Shown: positions 62,727-64,000 of the stretch, one piece after another
Position numbering within the stretch: position 1 is the stretch's first letter
Layout: every line of letters begins with the position of its first letter
From: Catajapyx aquilonaris
Taxonomy: Eukaryota
NCBI GenBank assembly: GCA_000934665.2
Contig: KZ538823.1
Location: forward strand, 1-64,000
Length of the DNA stretch: 64,000 nt
Direction of reading: 5' to 3'
The notes under the pieces: generated by a model
What the model saw: the letters and a program-made list of their open reading frames with translations, nothing else
What the model was told of the DNA's origin: nothing
Database searches by the model: none
Made by a program: the position numbers and the translations under genes

Positions 62727-64000
62727 TTAAATTGACTTGTAGCAACTCGATCCTTCCCGCCTGCTACACTTAATGGGGTCGTATCATAATAATAAACTGC
62801 ATGGTAACTTCGCCTAAGGCCTAAAAATGAGAGATAAGGTTAGGAAGGACGCATACCTGCCAGGATATTTTATGCCTTGTGTTTCAAGCCCATTATCTGA
62901 GTAATAATTAGGCTGCTTAGAACCAATGTACCATCCCCCAACGTTTCGGTACGGCATCCTGTATATGCGTTTTCAAAACACCAACTAACCACGTTTTTTC
63001 TTTGACTGGTAACTCGATAGATCTTCGATGCCTTAATGCACGCCGGAGAAAAGATTGCTCTAATAATTTTTTGCATGTAATAAACCTCGTGTAATTCAGA
63101 ACTGCCCTGCACCATTCCTTGCAACGTATGTATAGTGTACGAGTATAAACAATAATCCTGTAAGGTCTAAGCATTTCGGTCCACACATATATGTATAACA
63201 CAATATTACGACTAATGACAGATATTCATTGTTGCTTTACCTCTCTGAGCCCATAGTCAGCTTGTTCCTAACATGATGGTGTAAGATCTGACCTACCCTG
63301 CAGTGGTCATACCCCTTTTCTGAAAGCCCGGAGCCATACTGTGCATATCCGCCCACAGTTCTCTTTTGGAAGAGGCTTCGGCAGGCTGTGTGTGACTGTG
63401 AGTTACGAGCGGACCCTGACTAGTGACGTTTTGACATGTCAAGTTGGAAAGGCCAGCCAGCAGCACCATATGGCGGCTTGGCTGGCTCCTGGGTGGATGG
63501 ATGGCCGGGTGGATGGATGGCTCCACCACCGACCGAAGGGACCCACATCCACGAAGGGAGGTTTCTGGCAACAAAGGGCAACAGACGGACCTCCACTTGC
63601 ACAAACCTACACCCTCATATTCTGCTAAATGCCAACACAACGACGGATTTTGTGCACCAGCTGGTGCTGGTTGATGATCAGTCAAATTGGCCTGCCACAA
63701 CAATATGCTGCATGATGTGGAGTACTTCTCACCTCACATGCAGGAAATCATGCAAAAGGGGTGCTATTAACTTCTCTAATTGATACACTGTTACCATTCA
63801 CCCTCATGTCAATGGTCGTAACCCACTCTATTAATATGGTATGATGACGTCATTGTAACGCCATTTTCAACGGAAGCCATAATAATTGTTACCTCCCATA
63901 TAAATGGTTCCTGTATGTAATTACTGGTCTTGCACAAGGCGATTAAATATTACCCGCATCATATGGGGACCACCTGGTACATACATCTTCCATTTCGGTT

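Overview
Eukaryotic (arthropod) genomic DNA with two recognisable protein-coding genes in a tail-to-tail arrangement. On the + strand are the last three exons of a GOT1/GOLT1 Golgi vesicle-transport gene (3791-3969, 10122-10203, 10285-10329); its 5' exons lie upstream of the window. On the - strand is the gap gene Kruppel (coding exons 28151-27851, 27705-27223, 26820-25604; about 666 aa if ATG 28151 is the start, first exon unresolved). The GOLT1 introns are packed with inverted-repeat elements: Tc1/mariner-, Harbinger- and Transib-like non-autonomous transposons, tRNA-derived SINEs, a nested insertion with a target-site duplication, and two related ~85-bp hairpins. The ~35 kb upstream of Kr has no recognisable gene. 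It alternates between CpG-rich unique DNA (candidate Kr enhancers, including a Tailless-type site cluster) and patches of homopolymer-inflated sequence that look like base-call-corrupted repeats. I found no convincing novel multi-gene system. The best leads are transposon architecture, the covarying hairpin family and Kr gene structure/regulation. All calls are by eye, with no database search.
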